This document shows, one piece after another, positions 54,100 through 64,000 of a stretch of DNA of 64,000 nt. Source of the stretch: Actinomycetes bacterium (GTDB lineage: Bacteria; Actinomycetota; Actinomycetes; Mycobacteriales; SCTD01). Where the stretch lies: the NCBI GenBank assembly GCA_046565705.1, contig JBKHYE010000114.1, positions 2,164 to 66,163 on the forward strand, read 5' to 3'. Below the pieces are notes generated by a model, which saw only the letters and a list, made by a program, of their open reading frames with translations, was not told the DNA's origin and did not search any database. The position numbers and the translations under genes were made by a program. Every line of letters starts with the position of its first letter. Within the stretch, counting starts at the first letter, position 1.

Positions 54100-55032
54100 T
54101 CAGACCTGCGCGAGCGCCTGCACCGTGCGCGACGGGCTCGGCCGGCCGAGTCGCCCGGCCATCCAGCCGCTGGTGGCGGCCAGCGCCTGCAGGTCGACGC
54201 CGGTGTGCACGCCCAGCCCGTCGAGCATCCAGACGAGGTCCTCGGTGGCGAGGTTGCCGGTGGCGCTCTTCGCGTACGGGCACCCGCCGAGGCCACCGGC
54301 GCTCGCGTCGACCGTGGTGACGCCGGCGCGCAGGGCGGTCAGCGTGTTCGCCAGCGCCTGCCCGTAGGTGTCGTGGAAGTGCACGGCGGTCTGCTCGACC
54401 GGGACGCCGGCCGCGCCGAGCGCCGTCAGCAGGGCCGTGACGTGGCCCGGCGTGCCGGTGCCGATGGTGTCGCCCAGGCTGATCTCGGTGCACCCGAGCT
54501 CGTGCAGCCGACGCGCGACGCCAACGACCTGCTCGACCGGGACCTCGCCCTCCCACGGGTCGCCGAAGCACATCGACACGTAGCCGCGCACGTCGAGGCC
54601 CGCGTCGCGTGCACCGCGCACGACCGGCTCGAACATCTCGAACTGATCGGTCAGCGAGCGGTTGAGGTTGCGCTGCGCGAAGCTCTCGGTCGCGCTCGCG
54701 AACACGGCGATCTCGCGGACGCCCTTGTCCAGGGCGCGCAGCAGGCCCTTCTCGTTGGGCACCAGCACCGGAGCGCGCACGCCGTCGAGGTCGGCGGCGA
54801 CGGCGTCGAGCAGCTCACCGGCGTCGGCCAGCTGCGGCACCCACCTCGGCGACACGAAGCTCGTCGTCTCGACCGTGCGCAGCCCGGCTGCGACCAGCCG
54901 CCGGACGAACTCGGCCTTGGTCTGCACCGGCACGACCGTCGACTCGTTCTGCAGGCCGTCGCGCGGGCCGACCTCGTACACCTCGACGCGCGCGGGCAGC
55001 CCCTCGAGCGGCACGCGCTGCGGTGACCTCAT
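54100..55032 (-). CDS. Hydroxymethylglutaryl-CoA lyase
   Basis: ATG 55032, the last 310 codons of the 637-aa track ORF. VYEVGPRDGLQNE, TTSFVSPRWVPQ, HFHDTYGQALAN, GGLGGCPYA. Confidence 0.9.
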   Translation of the reverse strand: MRSPQRVPLEGLPARVEVYEVGPRDGLQNESTVVPVQTKAEFVRRLVAAGLRTVETTSFVSPRWVPQLADAGELLDAVAADLDGVRAPVLVPNEKGLLRALDKGVREIAVFASATESFAQRNLNRSLTDQFEMFEPVVRGARDAGLDVRGYVSMCFGDPWEGEVPVEQVVGVARRLHELGCTEISLGDTIGTGTPGHVTALLTALGAAGVPVEQTAVHFHDTYGQALANTLTALRAGVTTVDASAGGLGGCPYAKSATGNLATEDLVWMLDGLGVHTGVDLQALAATSGWMAGRLGRPSPSRTVQALAQV

Positions 55033-55043
55033 CCCGCCTCCTG

Positions 55044-57056
55044 CTACTCGCCCGCGTCGGGGCGCACCTCGAACAGCGCGTCGCCCAGCGCGACGCGGTC
55101 GCCGGCGGCGGCCCCGACGAGCTGCACGACGCCGGTGACCGGCGCGCTCAGCGACAGCTCCATCTTCATCGCCTCGAGCACGCCGAGCACGGCGCCCTGC
55201 TCGACGCGATCGCCCTCGGCGACGTGGACGGCGAGCACGACACCCGGCATCGGCGCCGCCACGGTGCCGTCCGACGCGGCTGCCCCGCCCGCCGGCCCGA
55301 AGGCGTCGGGCACCGAGAAGCGGTGCGCCTCGCCGTGGTGGGCGACGGTGACGCCGTGCGCGTCGCGCACGACCTCGCTCTCGACGAGCACGCCGTCGAC
55401 CTCGAGCCGCACGAGCCCCGACCCGGCCGCCAGCGGGTGCACCTCGTAGGCGCGCTCGCCCGTCGCCACGCGACCGGCCAGGTCGACGTGCACGACGTGC
55501 CGCTGGTCGCCCTCGTCGAGCTCGACGACGACGGGGGCGGGCGGGCCGGCGACGCGGAAGCCGTCGAGCGCGCCGAACGGGTGGTCGGGCCGGCGTCCGG
55601 GCGGGTCGGCGGCAACGGCCCACGCGGCGAGCACCAGCGCGGTGTCGGACGGCTCGGCCGGCAGCACCGGTCCCTGCGCCGCGGCACGGTCGAGCCAGGC
55701 GGTGTCGACCGCGGCGTCGCGGAAGGCGTCGGAGGCGACCAGCCGGCGCAGGAAGCCCAGGTTCGTCGTCAGCCCGAGCACGGCGGTGTCGTCGAGCGCG
55801 GCGAGCAGCGAGCGGCGGGCGGCCTCGCGGGTCGGGCCGGACGCGATGACCTTGCCGAGCATCGGGTCGTAGTGCGTGCCGATCTCCTGGCCGCTCTCCA
55901 GCGCGTGGTCGACGCGGGCCCGCCCCGACCAGCGGACCACCTGCGCCACGCCGGCCTGCGGCAGGAACCCCGCCGCCGGGTCCTCGGCGTAGACGCGTGC
56001 CTCGATGGCGCACGTGCGCAGCGCGACGTCGTCCTGCGCGAACGGCAGCGGGCGGCCCTGTGCGACGTCGAGCTGCAGGCGGACCAGGTCGAGCGGCGCG
56101 CCGGCGACCTGCACGGCGAGCTCGGTGACCGGGTGCTCGACCTGCAGCCGGGTGTTCATCTCCAGGAAGAAGGCGTCGCCGGTCGCGTCGTCGACGAGGA
56201 ACTCCACCGTGCCGGCGTTGACGTAGCCGACCTCGCGGGACAGCCGCACCGCCGCCGAGGTCAGCCGCTCCCGCAGCTCGCCGCTGATGGTCGGCGCGGG
56301 CGCCTCCTCGAGCACCTTCTGGTGCCGGCGCTGCGAGGAGCAGTCCCGCTCGTAGAGGTGCACGACGCCACCGTGCGCGTCGGCGAGCACCTGCACCTCG
56401 ACGTGCCGGCCGCGCTCGACGTAGCGCTCGAGCAGCATCGTGGCGTCGCCGAAGGCGCTGCTCGCCTCCCGGCGCGCGGCAGCCAGCGCCGCAGGCAGCT
56501 CAGCGGCCGTGCGGACGACGCGCATCCCCTTCCCGCCGCCGCCGGCGGCGGCCTTCACGAGCAGCGGGAACCCGACCTCGTCGGCGGCGCGCGCGGCGAG
56601 CGCAGCGTCTGCAGCACCGGGCTCGTCCGCCGTGCTCTCCTCGACGGCGGGCACCACCGGCACGTCGGCCACGACCGCGACGTGCCGCGCGACGTCCTTG
56701 CGCCCCATCCGGTCGATGACGTCGGCCGGCGGCCCGACGAACACCAGACCCGCCGCGTCGCAGGCGCGGGCGAAGTGCGCCCGCTCGGACAGGAAGCCGT
56801 AGCCGGGGTGCACCGCCTCGGCGCCGGAGCGTCGGGCCGCCTGCAGCAGCGCCTCGACGTTCAGGTACGAGTCGGTCGCCGGCGCCGGGCCGAGCCGGAC
56901 GGCGACGTCGGCCTCGCGCACGTGCGGCGCCTCGCGGTCGGCGTCGGAGTAGACGGCGACCGTCTGCAGGCCGGCGGCACGCGCGGAGCGCAGCACGCGC
57001 ACGGCGATCTCACCGCGGTTCGCGACGAGCAGGGACCCGAAGGGGCGGGCGGTCAC
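55044..57056 (-). CDS. Acyl-CoA carboxylase alpha subunit (biotin carboxylase + BCCP), methylcrotonyl-CoA carboxylase-like
   Basis: LLVANRGEIAVRVLR, HPGYGFLSE, KAAAGGGGKGMRVV, EMNTRLQVEHPVTE, biotinyl-Lys motif LEAMKME. GTG 57056 is taken as the start, with GTG 57065 as an alternative. Confidence 0.9.
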   Translation of the reverse strand: MTARPFGSLLVANRGEIAVRVLRSARAAGLQTVAVYSDADREAPHVREADVAVRLGPAPATDSYLNVEALLQAARRSGAEAVHPGYGFLSERAHFARACDAAGLVFVGPPADVIDRMGRKDVARHVAVVADVPVVPAVEESTADEPGAADAALAARAADEVGFPLLVKAAAGGGGKGMRVVRTAAELPAALAAARREASSAFGDATMLLERYVERGRHVEVQVLADAHGGVVHLYERDCSSQRRHQKVLEEAPAPTISGELRERLTSAAVRLSREVGYVNAGTVEFLVDDATGDAFFLEMNTRLQVEHPVTELAVQVAGAPLDLVRLQLDVAQGRPLPFAQDDVALRTCAIEARVYAEDPAAGFLPQAGVAQVVRWSGRARVDHALESGQEIGTHYDPMLGKVIASGPTREAARRSLLAALDDTAVLGLTTNLGFLRRLVASDAFRDAAVDTAWLDRAAAQGPVLPAEPSDTALVLAAWAVAADPPGRRPDHPFGALDGFRVAGPPAPVVVELDEGDQRHVVHVDLAGRVATGERAYEVHPLAAGSGLVRLEVDGVLVESEVVRDAHGVTVAHHGEAHRFSVPDAFGPAGGAAASDGTVAAPMPGVVLAVHVAEGDRVEQGAVLGVLEAMKMELSLSAPVTGVVQLVGAAAGDRVALGDALFEVRPDAGE

Positions 57057-57070
57057 GGAGGGCACCCGAC

Positions 57071-58654
57071 TCACATCCGAAAGACGCCGTAGCGCGGCGC
57101 CGGGACGGGGGCGTTCGCCGCGGCGGCGAGCCCGAGGCCGAGGACGCGGCGGGTGTCGACGGGGTCGATGACGCCGTCGTCCCACAGCCGCGCGGTGCCG
57201 TAGTACGGCGAGCCCTGCCGCTCGTACTGCTCGCGGATCGGCGCCTTGAACGCCTCCTCCTCCGCCGCGGTCCACTCGCCGCCGCGGGCCTCGATGCCGT
57301 CGCGGCGCACCGTGGCGAGCACCGAGGCGGCCTGCTCGCCGCCCATCACGGAGGTCCGCGAGTTGGGCCAGGTCCACAGGAAGCGCGGGTCGTAGGCGCG
57401 GCCGCACATGCCGTAGTTGCCGGCGCCGAACGAGCCGCCGACGACGACGGTGAACTTCGGGACGACGCTGCACGCCACCGCCGTCACGAGCTTCGCGCCG
57501 TCCTTGGCGATACCGCGGTTCTCGTACTCCCGGCCGACCATGAACCCGGTGATGTTCTGCAGGAACACCAGCGGCACACCGCGCGAGTTGCACAGCTCGA
57601 TGAAGTGCGCGCCCTTCAGGGCGCTCTCGCTGAACAGGATCCCGTTGTTCGCGACGATGCCGACGGGATAGCCCCAGATCCGCGCGAAGCCGCAGACCAG
57701 GGTGTCGCCGTACAGCGCCTTGAACTCGTGCAGCCGGCTCCCGTCGACCACGCGCCGGATGACCTCGCGCACGTCGTACGGCGTGCGCAGGTCGCTCGGC
57801 ACGACGTCGTACAGGCTCTCGGGGTCCTCGGCCGGCTCCTCCGGCTCGTGCTGCGGAAAGCCCTGCGGCATCGGCCGTTCGAGCGTTCCGACGATGCTGC
57901 GCAGCACGGCGAGCGCCTCGTCGTCGTCTCCCGCCAGGTGGTCGACGACGCCGCTGGTGCGTGCGTGCACGTCGCCGCCGCCGAGGTCCTCGGCGGTGAC
58001 GACCTCGCCGGTCGCCGCCTTCACCAGCGGCGGCCCGCCCAGGAAGATCGTGCCCTGCTCGCGGACGATGACGGTCTCGTCGCTCATCGCCGGCACGTAC
58101 GCGCCGCCGGCGGTGCACGAGCCCAGCACCGCCGCGAGCTGCGGGATGCCCTGCGCCGACAGGCTGGCCTGGTTGAAGAAGATGCGGCCGAAGTGCTCGC
58201 GGTCGGGGAAGACCTCGTCCTGCAGCGGCAGGAAGGCGCCGCCGGAGTCGACGAGGTACAGGCACGGCAGCCGGTTCTCGAGGGCGACCTGCTGCGCGCG
58301 CAGGTGCTTCTTCACCGTCATCGGGTAGTAGGTGCCGCCCTTGACGGTGGCGTCGTTCGCGACGACGACGCACTCCCAGCCGGCGACCCTCCCGACGCCG
58401 GTGACGACGCCCGCGGCGGGTACGGCGTCGTCGTACATGCCGGTGGCCGCGAGCGGCGACAGCTCGAGGAACGGCGAGCCCGGGTCGAGCAGCCGGTCGA
58501 CCCGGTCGCGCACCAGCAGCTTGCCGCGGTCGACGTGCCGCTGGCGCGACCGCTCGTCACCGCCCCGGCGCGCGGCAGCGGTCCGGTCGCGCAGCTCCGC
58601 GGCCAGCTCGCGCAGGGACGGCGCCGCCGACCGGCGGGCGCCCTCGTCGGTCAC
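57071..58654 (-). CDS. Acyl-CoA carboxylase carboxyltransferase (beta) subunit, methylcrotonyl-CoA carboxylase-like
   Basis: GTG 58654 with GGGAGG 8 nt upstream. [62 protein letters not shown]. Confidence 0.9.
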   Translation of the reverse strand: MTDEGARRSAAPSLRELAAELRDRTAAARRGGDERSRQRHVDRGKLLVRDRVDRLLDPGSPFLELSPLAATGMYDDAVPAAGVVTGVGRVAGWECVVVANDATVKGGTYYPMTVKKHLRAQQVALENRLPCLYLVDSGGAFLPLQDEVFPDREHFGRIFFNQASLSAQGIPQLAAVLGSCTAGGAYVPAMSDETVIVREQGTIFLGGPPLVKAATGEVVTAEDLGGGDVHARTSGVVDHLAGDDDEALAVLRSIVGTLERPMPQGFPQHEPEEPAEDPESLYDVVPSDLRTPYDVREVIRRVVDGSRLHEFKALYGDTLVCGFARIWGYPVGIVANNGILFSESALKGAHFIELCNSRGVPLVFLQNITGFMVGREYENRGIAKDGAKLVTAVACSVVPKFTVVVGGSFGAGNYGMCGRAYDPRFLWTWPNSRTSVMGGEQAASVLATVRRDGIEARGGEWTAAEEEAFKAPIREQYERQGSPYYGTARLWDDGVIDPVDTRRVLGLGLAAAANAPVPAPRYGVFRM

Positions 58655-58697
58655 CGCACGTGCCTCCCGTCCGCCGGGCCGCCCGGCGGCGGGCACG

Positions 58698-60659
58698 CTA
58701 TCGGTCGACCTCGACCTCGGCCCACACGCGCTTGCTCAGGCCCAGCGACTCGACGCCCCAGCGGTCGGCGACGGCCTCGACCAGGACGAGGCCGCGCCCG
58801 CTGGTCGACTCCTCGTCGACGTCGGCCTCGGGCACGACGGGCAGCCGGTGGCTGGTGTCGGCCACCTCCACGCGCAGCACCGAGTCGTCGCGGCAGGCGA
58901 GCACCACCTCGACGGCGTCCTCGCTGTGCCGGGCGGCGTTCGTGACGAGCTCGCTGACCACCAGCTCGACGCGCGCGATGGCGTCGGCCGGCACGTCCCA
59001 CTCCCGCAGCAGCTGGCGGGTGGAGCGCCTTGCCAGCGGCACCGACGCCGACGTCGCGGGCACGCGCCGCGTGAAGCGGCGCTCGGCCGGCTCGTCGGCG
59101 GTCAGCCGCCCGACGAGCAGCGCGACGTCGTCGTGGCTGCGCGCGCTGCGCGCCCCCAGCAGCGCGTCGGCGAGGTCGTCGACGGGGTCGTCGCGGTGGG
59201 CGACGAGCACGTCGCGCACCTGGCCCAGCCCGGCGTCGATGTCGCTGTCGCGTGACTCGACCAGCCCGTCCGTGAAGGCCGCGAGCACGCCGTGCGTGGG
59301 CACCGAGCTCGTCGTCTCCGGCCACACCCCCGGATCGTCCGACACGCCGAGCGGCGGGCCGATGTCGGTCGGGATCTGCCGGTAGGCGCCATCCGGCGAG
59401 ACGACGGACACGGGCAGGTGGCCCGCGCTCACGGTCGTGATGAGCCGCTCCACCGGGTGCAGGTGCGCGAACGACACGGTGACGATGCGGTCGAGCCCGA
59501 CGTCCGCCACGAACCGGTCGGCGAGCTGCATGACGATCGCGGGCGGGTGGCCCTCGGCGGCGTACGCGCGGACGGCGCTGCGCACGAGCCCCATGCACGC
59601 CGCGGCCTCGACGTCGTGCCCCTCGACGTCGCCCATCACGAGCCCCACGGCCCCCTCGGCGAGCGGCACGACGTCGTACCAGTCGCCGCCGACCTCGACC
59701 GCCGCGTCGCCCGCGGCGTAGCGGACCGCCAGGTCGAGGCCGGGCACCTCGGCGACCGTGCGCGGCAGCAGGCTGCGCTGCAGCTGGGCCACGCTGCGGC
59801 GCTCGGCGTCGAGCAGCCGGGCGCGCAGCAGCGCCTGCGCGACCATCGCCGCGGTCGTGGCGAGGAACCGGCGGTCGGCCGACGGCACCACCGGGCGGTC
59901 GAAGACGAGCGACCAGGCGCCGAGCCGCAGACCGGCGCTCACGAGCGGCAGCGTGGCCACCGCGACGCGCCCGTTGCGCTCGAGCTCGTCCGCGACCCGG
60001 GGGAAGCGGGACCGGACCGCGTCGAGACCCTCGAGGAACAGCGGGTCGCCGCTGCGGTGCACCGTGGTGCTCGGCGCGGACGTGTCGAGCGGGAAGTCCG
60101 ACCAGACCGCGATCGCCTGGTCGTCCATGCCGGCCCAGCCGAGGGCCTGCATGACGCCGCGCTCCTCGTCGGCGAGCAGGATCGTGCCGCCCGAGGCGCC
60201 GACCAGCGGGTGCACGTGCTGCACCAGAGCGGAGTTGACCTGCTCGACGGTCACCGCGCCGGCGATCGCCTCGCCCGCGGCCGTGAGCTGCTCGGCGCGC
60301 AGCGACTCGTCGAGCCGGTCGGTGATGTCGTGCACGTAGACGACCAGGCCGTCGGCCACCGGGAGCGCGTGCTGCTCGAACCAGCGCCCGACCGTGCCGA
60401 ACCACCAGACCAGCGTCTCGCGCGTCCGTGACTCCATCGCCCGGACGCACGCCTCGTGCGCCAGGGTGCCCACGACGTCGGGGAACATCTCCCACACCAC
60501 GGCGCCGACGCATTCCTCGACCGGCCGGCCGATGATCTCGGCCGCGCGCGGCGAGACGTAGCGGTAGCGCCAGTCCGGGCCGATGACGGTGACGGCCTCG
60601 CCGAGCTGCTGCAGCAGCTCGGGGACGAGGTAGTCGGCGAGCCTGCGGTCGGGGTGCAC
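58698..60659 (-). CDS. PAS-GAF-PP2C (SpoIIE) phosphatase fused to a C-terminal RsbW-like HATPase anti-sigma domain
   Basis: PAS ([24 protein letters not shown]). PP2C ([39 protein letters not shown]). C-terminal [18 protein letters not shown]...[15 protein letters not shown]. The start is set to GTG 60659 to avoid overlap with divergent crcB. The track start is 60794. Confidence 0.8.
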   Translation of the reverse strand: MHPDRRLADYLVPELLQQLGEAVTVIGPDWRYRYVSPRAAEIIGRPVEECVGAVVWEMFPDVVGTLAHEACVRAMESRTRETLVWWFGTVGRWFEQHALPVADGLVVYVHDITDRLDESLRAEQLTAAGEAIAGAVTVEQVNSALVQHVHPLVGASGGTILLADEERGVMQALGWAGMDDQAIAVWSDFPLDTSAPSTTVHRSGDPLFLEGLDAVRSRFPRVADELERNGRVAVATLPLVSAGLRLGAWSLVFDRPVVPSADRRFLATTAAMVAQALLRARLLDAERRSVAQLQRSLLPRTVAEVPGLDLAVRYAAGDAAVEVGGDWYDVVPLAEGAVGLVMGDVEGHDVEAAACMGLVRSAVRAYAAEGHPPAIVMQLADRFVADVGLDRIVTVSFAHLHPVERLITTVSAGHLPVSVVSPDGAYRQIPTDIGPPLGVSDDPGVWPETTSSVPTHGVLAAFTDGLVESRDSDIDAGLGQVRDVLVAHRDDPVDDLADALLGARSARSHDDVALLVGRLTADEPAERRFTRRVPATSASVPLARRSTRQLLREWDVPADAIARVELVVSELVTNAARHSEDAVEVVLACRDDSVLRVEVADTSHRLPVVPEADVDEESTSGRGLVLVEAVADRWGVESLGLSKRVWAEVEVDR

Positions 60660-60704
60660 CGGCGGATCGTGTCCTAGAGCCCGCCGACGGGCGAGGATGG
60701 CCCG

Positions 60705-61097
60705 GTGCCGACGTCGTCCGCCGGGTCGCAGCCCGGGCCTGCCGTGGCCGCCGCCGTGTTCGCCGGCGGGTGCGCCGGCGGCCTCTGCCGGCACCTGCTG
60801 ACAGTCGCCCTGCCGAGCGACGGCGCCCTGCCGTGGGGTGTCGCGGTCGCGAACACGGTGGGTGCGCTGCTGCTGGGCCTGCTGCTCGCACGGCTGCCCG
60901 GCCGGGGGCCGGTCTGGCTGCTCCCCGCGCTCGGGACGGGCGTGCTGGGCGCCTTCACGACCATGTCCGGTGTCGCGTCGGCTGCCGTCGTCCGCGCGGA
61001 CGACGGCGCCCCGCTCGCCGCGGCCGCGCTCGTGGTGCTCAGCGCGGTCGCGGGCCTGGCCGCCGGCGCCGCCGGCCTGCGGGCCGGCCGCCGGTGA
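60705..61097 (+). CDS. crcB: Fluoride channel CrcB/FEX subunit 1
   Basis: 130 aa, four TM segments. AAVFAGGCAGGLCRHLL and the LGAFTTMS motif. Confidence 0.85.
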   Translation: MPTSSAGSQPGPAVAAAVFAGGCAGGLCRHLLTVALPSDGALPWGVAVANTVGALLLGLLLARLPGRGPVWLLPALGTGVLGAFTTMSGVASAAVVRADDGAPLAAAALVVLSAVAGLAAGAAGLRAGRR

Positions 61098-61459
61098 CCG
61101 TCGCGGTGCTCGTCGCCCTCGCCGCGGGAGTCGGCGCGGTGCTGCGGCACCTCGCGACCGTGGCGGTGTCGCGGCGGTGGCCCGGCCCGTTCCCCGCTGC
61201 GACGCTCGGCGTCAACGTGCTCGGGTCGCTGCTCGCCGGGGTGGTGCTCGGCGCAGCCGACAGCGGGACGGTGGACGAGCGCACCGCCGCCGTGGCGACG
61301 GCCGGGCTGCTCGGCGGCTTCACGACGCTGTCGACCTGGGCCGTCGACACGGTGGCGCTGGCCGAGCACGGGGCCGGGCGCGCGGCGACCGCGAACGTCG
61401 TCGGCACCCTCACCGCGTGCGTGCTGGCCGCGGCGCTGGGACTGGCGGTCGCGAGCTGA
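61094..61459 (+). CDS. crcB: Fluoride channel CrcB/FEX subunit 2
   Basis: GTG 61094 overlaps the stop of subunit 1 (GTGA). LAAGVGAVLRHL, VNVLGSLLAGVV, LLGGFTTLSTW. Confidence 0.85.
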   Translation: MTVAVLVALAAGVGAVLRHLATVAVSRRWPGPFPAATLGVNVLGSLLAGVVLGAADSGTVDERTAAVATAGLLGGFTTLSTWAVDTVALAEHGAGRAATANVVGTLTACVLAAALGLAVAS

Positions 61460-61469
61460 CGCGGCGCGC

Positions 61470-61700
61470 TCAGGCGTGCCGGCGGGCCGGCGGCGCCGGG
61501 CGCGCGGCCTCGAGCGCCTGCACCGCCTGGCGACGCTGCCACGCGCGCAGCTGGGCCTCCCACACGGCCTCGCGGGCGTTGACGAGCGCGCCGCGGTTGA
61601 GCGAGACGGCGGCCGTGCGGACGAGCGAACGCAGCCCGGTGGGACGGGGCAGCGGCGCCAGCGACAACGGGGCGAGGCGGTCGGGACGCGAGGCGGTCAT
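61470..61700 (-). CDS. Hypothetical small basic protein (76 aa)
   Basis: ATG 61700 with GGAGG 6 nt upstream. GC3 is high. No family recognised. Confidence 0.4.
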   Translation of the reverse strand: MTASRPDRLAPLSLAPLPRPTGLRSLVRTAAVSLNRGALVNAREAVWEAQLRAWQRRQAVQALEAARPAPPARRHA

Positions 61701-61860
61701 GCGGGCCTCCAGCGGTCTGGGCCTGGGAAGCATGCACGACGAGCCTGTGACGGTCCAGAGTCGTTCGGGTGACGTCGGACTTACCGGGCACGTGCCGGGA
61801 CCTCACCCGTCGCCGACCCGACGGCCGGGTGCGGGACGGCCTCCGCGAGACTCCCGCGCC

Positions 61861-62637
61861 ATGGACCTCTTCGACCTCACCGGCAAGAACGCCGTCGTCA
61901 CGGGCGGCACCCGTGGCATCGGGATGATGATGGCCCGCGGCCTGCTCCAGGCCGGGGCGCGCGTGTGGATCAGCTCCCGCAAGGCCGACGCGTGCGAGTC
62001 GGCGCGCGAGGAGCTCGCCGCGTTCGGCGACGTCGTCGCGGTGCCGGCCGACCTGTCGCGCGAGGACGAGTGCATCCGGCTGGCGCAGGAGGTGACCGCG
62101 CAGGCGCCCGAGCTGCACGTGCTCGTCAACAACGCCGGCGCGACGTGGGGCGAGCCGCTCGAGAGCTACCCCGAGTCGGCGTGGGACAAGGTGCTCGACC
62201 TCAACCTCACGTCGCCATTCTTCCTCGTGCGCGCGTTCCTCCCGGCGCTGAAGGCGGCCGCGACCCCGGACGACCCGGCGCGGATCATCAACGTCGGCAG
62301 CATCGACGGCATCCACGTGCCGGTGCTGCCGACGTACGCGTACTCCTCGAGCAAGGCGGCGGTGCACCAGCTGACCCGGCACCTCGCCAAGGAGCTCGGG
62401 CCGCAGGCCATCACGGTCAACGCCGTCGCCCCCGGGCCGTTCCCCTCGAAGATGATGGCCGCGACGCTCGACGCCTTCGGCGAGCACATCGCCGCCTCGG
62501 CGCCGCTGCGCCGCATCGGCCGGGCCGACGACATGGCCGGCGTCGCCGTCTACCTGGCCAGCCGGGCCGGCGCGTACGTGACCGGAGCCGTTCTCCCGGT
62601 CGACGGCGGCATCGCCACGACAGCCGGCGGCAGCTGA
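61861..62637 (+). CDS. Short-chain dehydrogenase/reductase (RhlG/FabG-like)
   Basis: ATG 61861, the last 258 codons of the 599-aa track ORF. AVVTGGTRGIGMM, NNAG, catalytic YSSSKAAVHQ, VNAVAPGPFPSKM. Confidence 0.88.
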   Translation: MDLFDLTGKNAVVTGGTRGIGMMMARGLLQAGARVWISSRKADACESAREELAAFGDVVAVPADLSREDECIRLAQEVTAQAPELHVLVNNAGATWGEPLESYPESAWDKVLDLNLTSPFFLVRAFLPALKAAATPDDPARIINVGSIDGIHVPVLPTYAYSSSKAAVHQLTRHLAKELGPQAITVNAVAPGPFPSKMMAATLDAFGEHIAASAPLRRIGRADDMAGVAVYLASRAGAYVTGAVLPVDGGIATTAGGS

Positions 62638-62703
62638 GGCGCTCACAGGCTGCTCACAGCCGACGTCCAGGCACCGGGCAGGCCGGGGCGCCAGACTGCG
62701 CGC

Positions 62704-63417
62704 GTGAGCGCGACGACGGGCCGGCCCGAGGCCCGCATCCTGGTGGTCGACGACGAGCCGAACATCCTCGAGCTGCTGGCGGCGAGCCTGCGGTTCGCCG
62801 GCTTCGAGGTGCAGACGGCCGCCGACGGCGTGTCGGCGCTCGAGGCCGCGCGCAGCTTCGGCCCGGACCTGCTCGTGCTCGACGTGATGATGCCGGGCAT
62901 GGACGGCTTCGACGTCCTGCGCTCGCTGCGCGGCGGCGGCAGCCGGACGCCGGTGCTCTTCCTCACCGCGCGCGACGCCGCCGAGGACAAGGTGCAGGGG
63001 CTCACGCTCGGCGGCGACGACTACGTCACCAAGCCGTTCAGCCTCGAGGAGGTCGTCGCCCGCATCCGGGCGGTGCTGCGCCGGACCGGCAGCGGCGACG
63101 GCTCGGCCGCGCGCAGCGGCCGGCTCTCCTTCGCCGACCTCGAGCTCGACGAGGACAGCCACGAGGCGTGGAAGGCCGGCTCGCCGGTCCAGCTGTCGCC
63201 GACCGAGTTCAAGCTGCTGCGGTACTTCATGCAGAACCCCGGGCGCGTGCTGTCCAAGGCGCAGATCCTGGACCACGTCTGGCAGTACGACTTCGGCGGA
63301 GACGCCAACGTCGTCGAGTCCTACGTCTCGTACCTGCGCAAGAAGGTCGACACCACGCAGCCGCGGCTGCTGCACACGTTGCGCGGCGTCGGCTACGTGC
63401 TGCGCCTGCCGCGGTGA
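62704..63417 (+). CDS. OmpR/PhoB-family response regulator
   Basis: Receiver ILVVDDE, phospho-acceptor LLVLDVMMPGMDG, TKPF. Winged helix LSPTEFKLLRYFMQNPGRVLSKAQILDHVW...TLRGVGYVL. Confidence 0.92.
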   Translation: MSATTGRPEARILVVDDEPNILELLAASLRFAGFEVQTAADGVSALEAARSFGPDLLVLDVMMPGMDGFDVLRSLRGGGSRTPVLFLTARDAAEDKVQGLTLGGDDYVTKPFSLEEVVARIRAVLRRTGSGDGSAARSGRLSFADLELDEDSHEAWKAGSPVQLSPTEFKLLRYFMQNPGRVLSKAQILDHVWQYDFGGDANVVESYVSYLRKKVDTTQPRLLHTLRGVGYVLRLPR

Positions 63418-63436
63418 CCGGGGAGGGAACCGGGCG

Positions 63437-64000
63437 GTGACCCTCGACCGGCTCTCCCTGCGCACCCGGCTGGTCGCCGGCGTCGTGCTGCTCGCGGCGG
63501 TCGGGCTGCTCGTCGCCGGCGTCGCGGCGACGTCCGCGCTGCGCAGCTACCAGCTCGACCGCGTCGACCACCAGCTCACCGAGGCGGCCGGCAGCCCGGC
63601 GCTGCGCGAGGAGCGGGGGCGCGGCCAGGGCCGGCCCGGTCCGCCGGCACGGCTGCCCGGCGAGCTGTTCCGCGCGGTGCTCGACGAGACCGGGTCGGTC
63701 GTCGGCACGTCCTCGACCGGTCCCGGCGGCCCCGAGATCCCGCGGCTGGACCGCGCGGAGGCCGAGCGGCGCGACCTCGAGCCCTTCACCGTCGACGCCG
63801 ACGGGGGCGACGGCCAGTGGCGCATGGTCGCGGTGCCGGTGCGGCAGGGCGGTCGGTCGGGCACCGTGCTGCTCGGGTCCGACCTCGGCGAGGTGGAGCG
63901 CACGGTGCGCCGGCTCGTCGCGCTGCAGTCGGTCATCGGCGTCGTCGTGCTCGCCGGCATCGCGGCGCTGGGGCTGGTGCTCGTGCGCACCAGCCTGCGG
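63437..64000 (+). CDS. Sensor histidine kinase, N-terminal part (continues past window end)
   Basis: Not in the ORF track because it is open-ended. GTG 63437 after GGGAGGG. TM1 LVAGVVLLAAVGLLVAGVAA, an extracytoplasmic segment, and TM2 VIGVVVLAGIAALGLVLV. Its position after the response regulator supports the call. Confidence 0.75.
   Translation, partial: MTLDRLSLRTRLVAGVVLLAAVGLLVAGVAATSALRSYQLDRVDHQLTEAAGSPALREERGRGQGRPGPPARLPGELFRAVLDETGSVVGTSSTGPGGPEIPRLDRAEAERRDLEPFTVDADGGDGQWRMVAVPVRQGGRSGTVLLGSDLGEVERTVRRLVALQSVIGVVVLAGIAALGLVLVRTSLR

Noticed and set aside
60660-60704. Possible fluoride (crcB-motif) riboswitch upstream of the crcB pair.
   Set aside because: The spacer has GGCGG...CCGCC and GGCGAGGATGG. 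It lacks the conserved downstream CUGAUGA...CCUAC segment and the pseudoknot partners. It is also only about 45 nt long and may overlap the divergent phosphatase gene.

Overview
This is a high-GC (by eye over 70% G+C, with GC3 near saturation) actinobacterial chromosomal segment. I call about 75 protein-coding genes. I found no rRNA, tRNA, CRISPR array, transposase or integrase.

From memory, the backbone is syntenic with the Mycobacterium tuberculosis Rv3218-Rv3228 neighbourhood: DAG-kinase-like, whiB1, pdtaS ... rshA-sigH ... SRAP, aroA, rsgA. Interspersed are:
- an rsbW/sigma-F-type pair
- an orphan pilT
- a leucine-catabolic MCCase/HMG-CoA-lyase cluster
- a compact FAS-II set (fabD-fabG-acp-fabI and fabF)
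- bfd-bfr
- a fused secDF, prfC, a crcB pair and a two-component system

Most track ORFs antisense to these genes are Arg/Ala/Pro-rich shadow ORFs typical of high-GC DNA. Many real genes are only the 3' part of a longer track ORF. I re-derived starts from Shine-Dalgarno motifs, family N-termini and nine 4-nt start/stop overlaps.

The most unusual content is:
1. A five-gene operon at 27.1-32.7 kb: adenylating enzyme fused in-frame to an ArsR-type HTH, a dedicated carrier protein, a FabI paralogue with the catalytic triad replaced, an ACAD-fold flavoprotein, and a second adenylating enzyme. This is my best candidate for an undescribed carrier-protein-dependent system with a BirA-like self-regulating enzyme.
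2. An ungapped 83-bp tandem duplication with conserved hairpin potential in the pilT leader.
3. A 40-nt palindromic element conserved (34/40) at two convergent gene junctions 33.5 kb apart.
4. A degenerate biotin-carboxylase paralogue coupled to an enoyl-CoA hydratase.
5. Textbook SigH/SigR-type promoters (GGAAT/C-N18-GTT) upstream of sigH and msrA, the former implying a long SigH isoform, plus an IdeR-like iron box upstream of bfd-bfr.
6. Tiny genes hidden from the ORF track, including ribosomal protein bL37.

Limits: I ran no database or HMM searches. All family assignments rest on motifs read in the translations and on recalled reference sequences. Start codons are the least certain coordinates.
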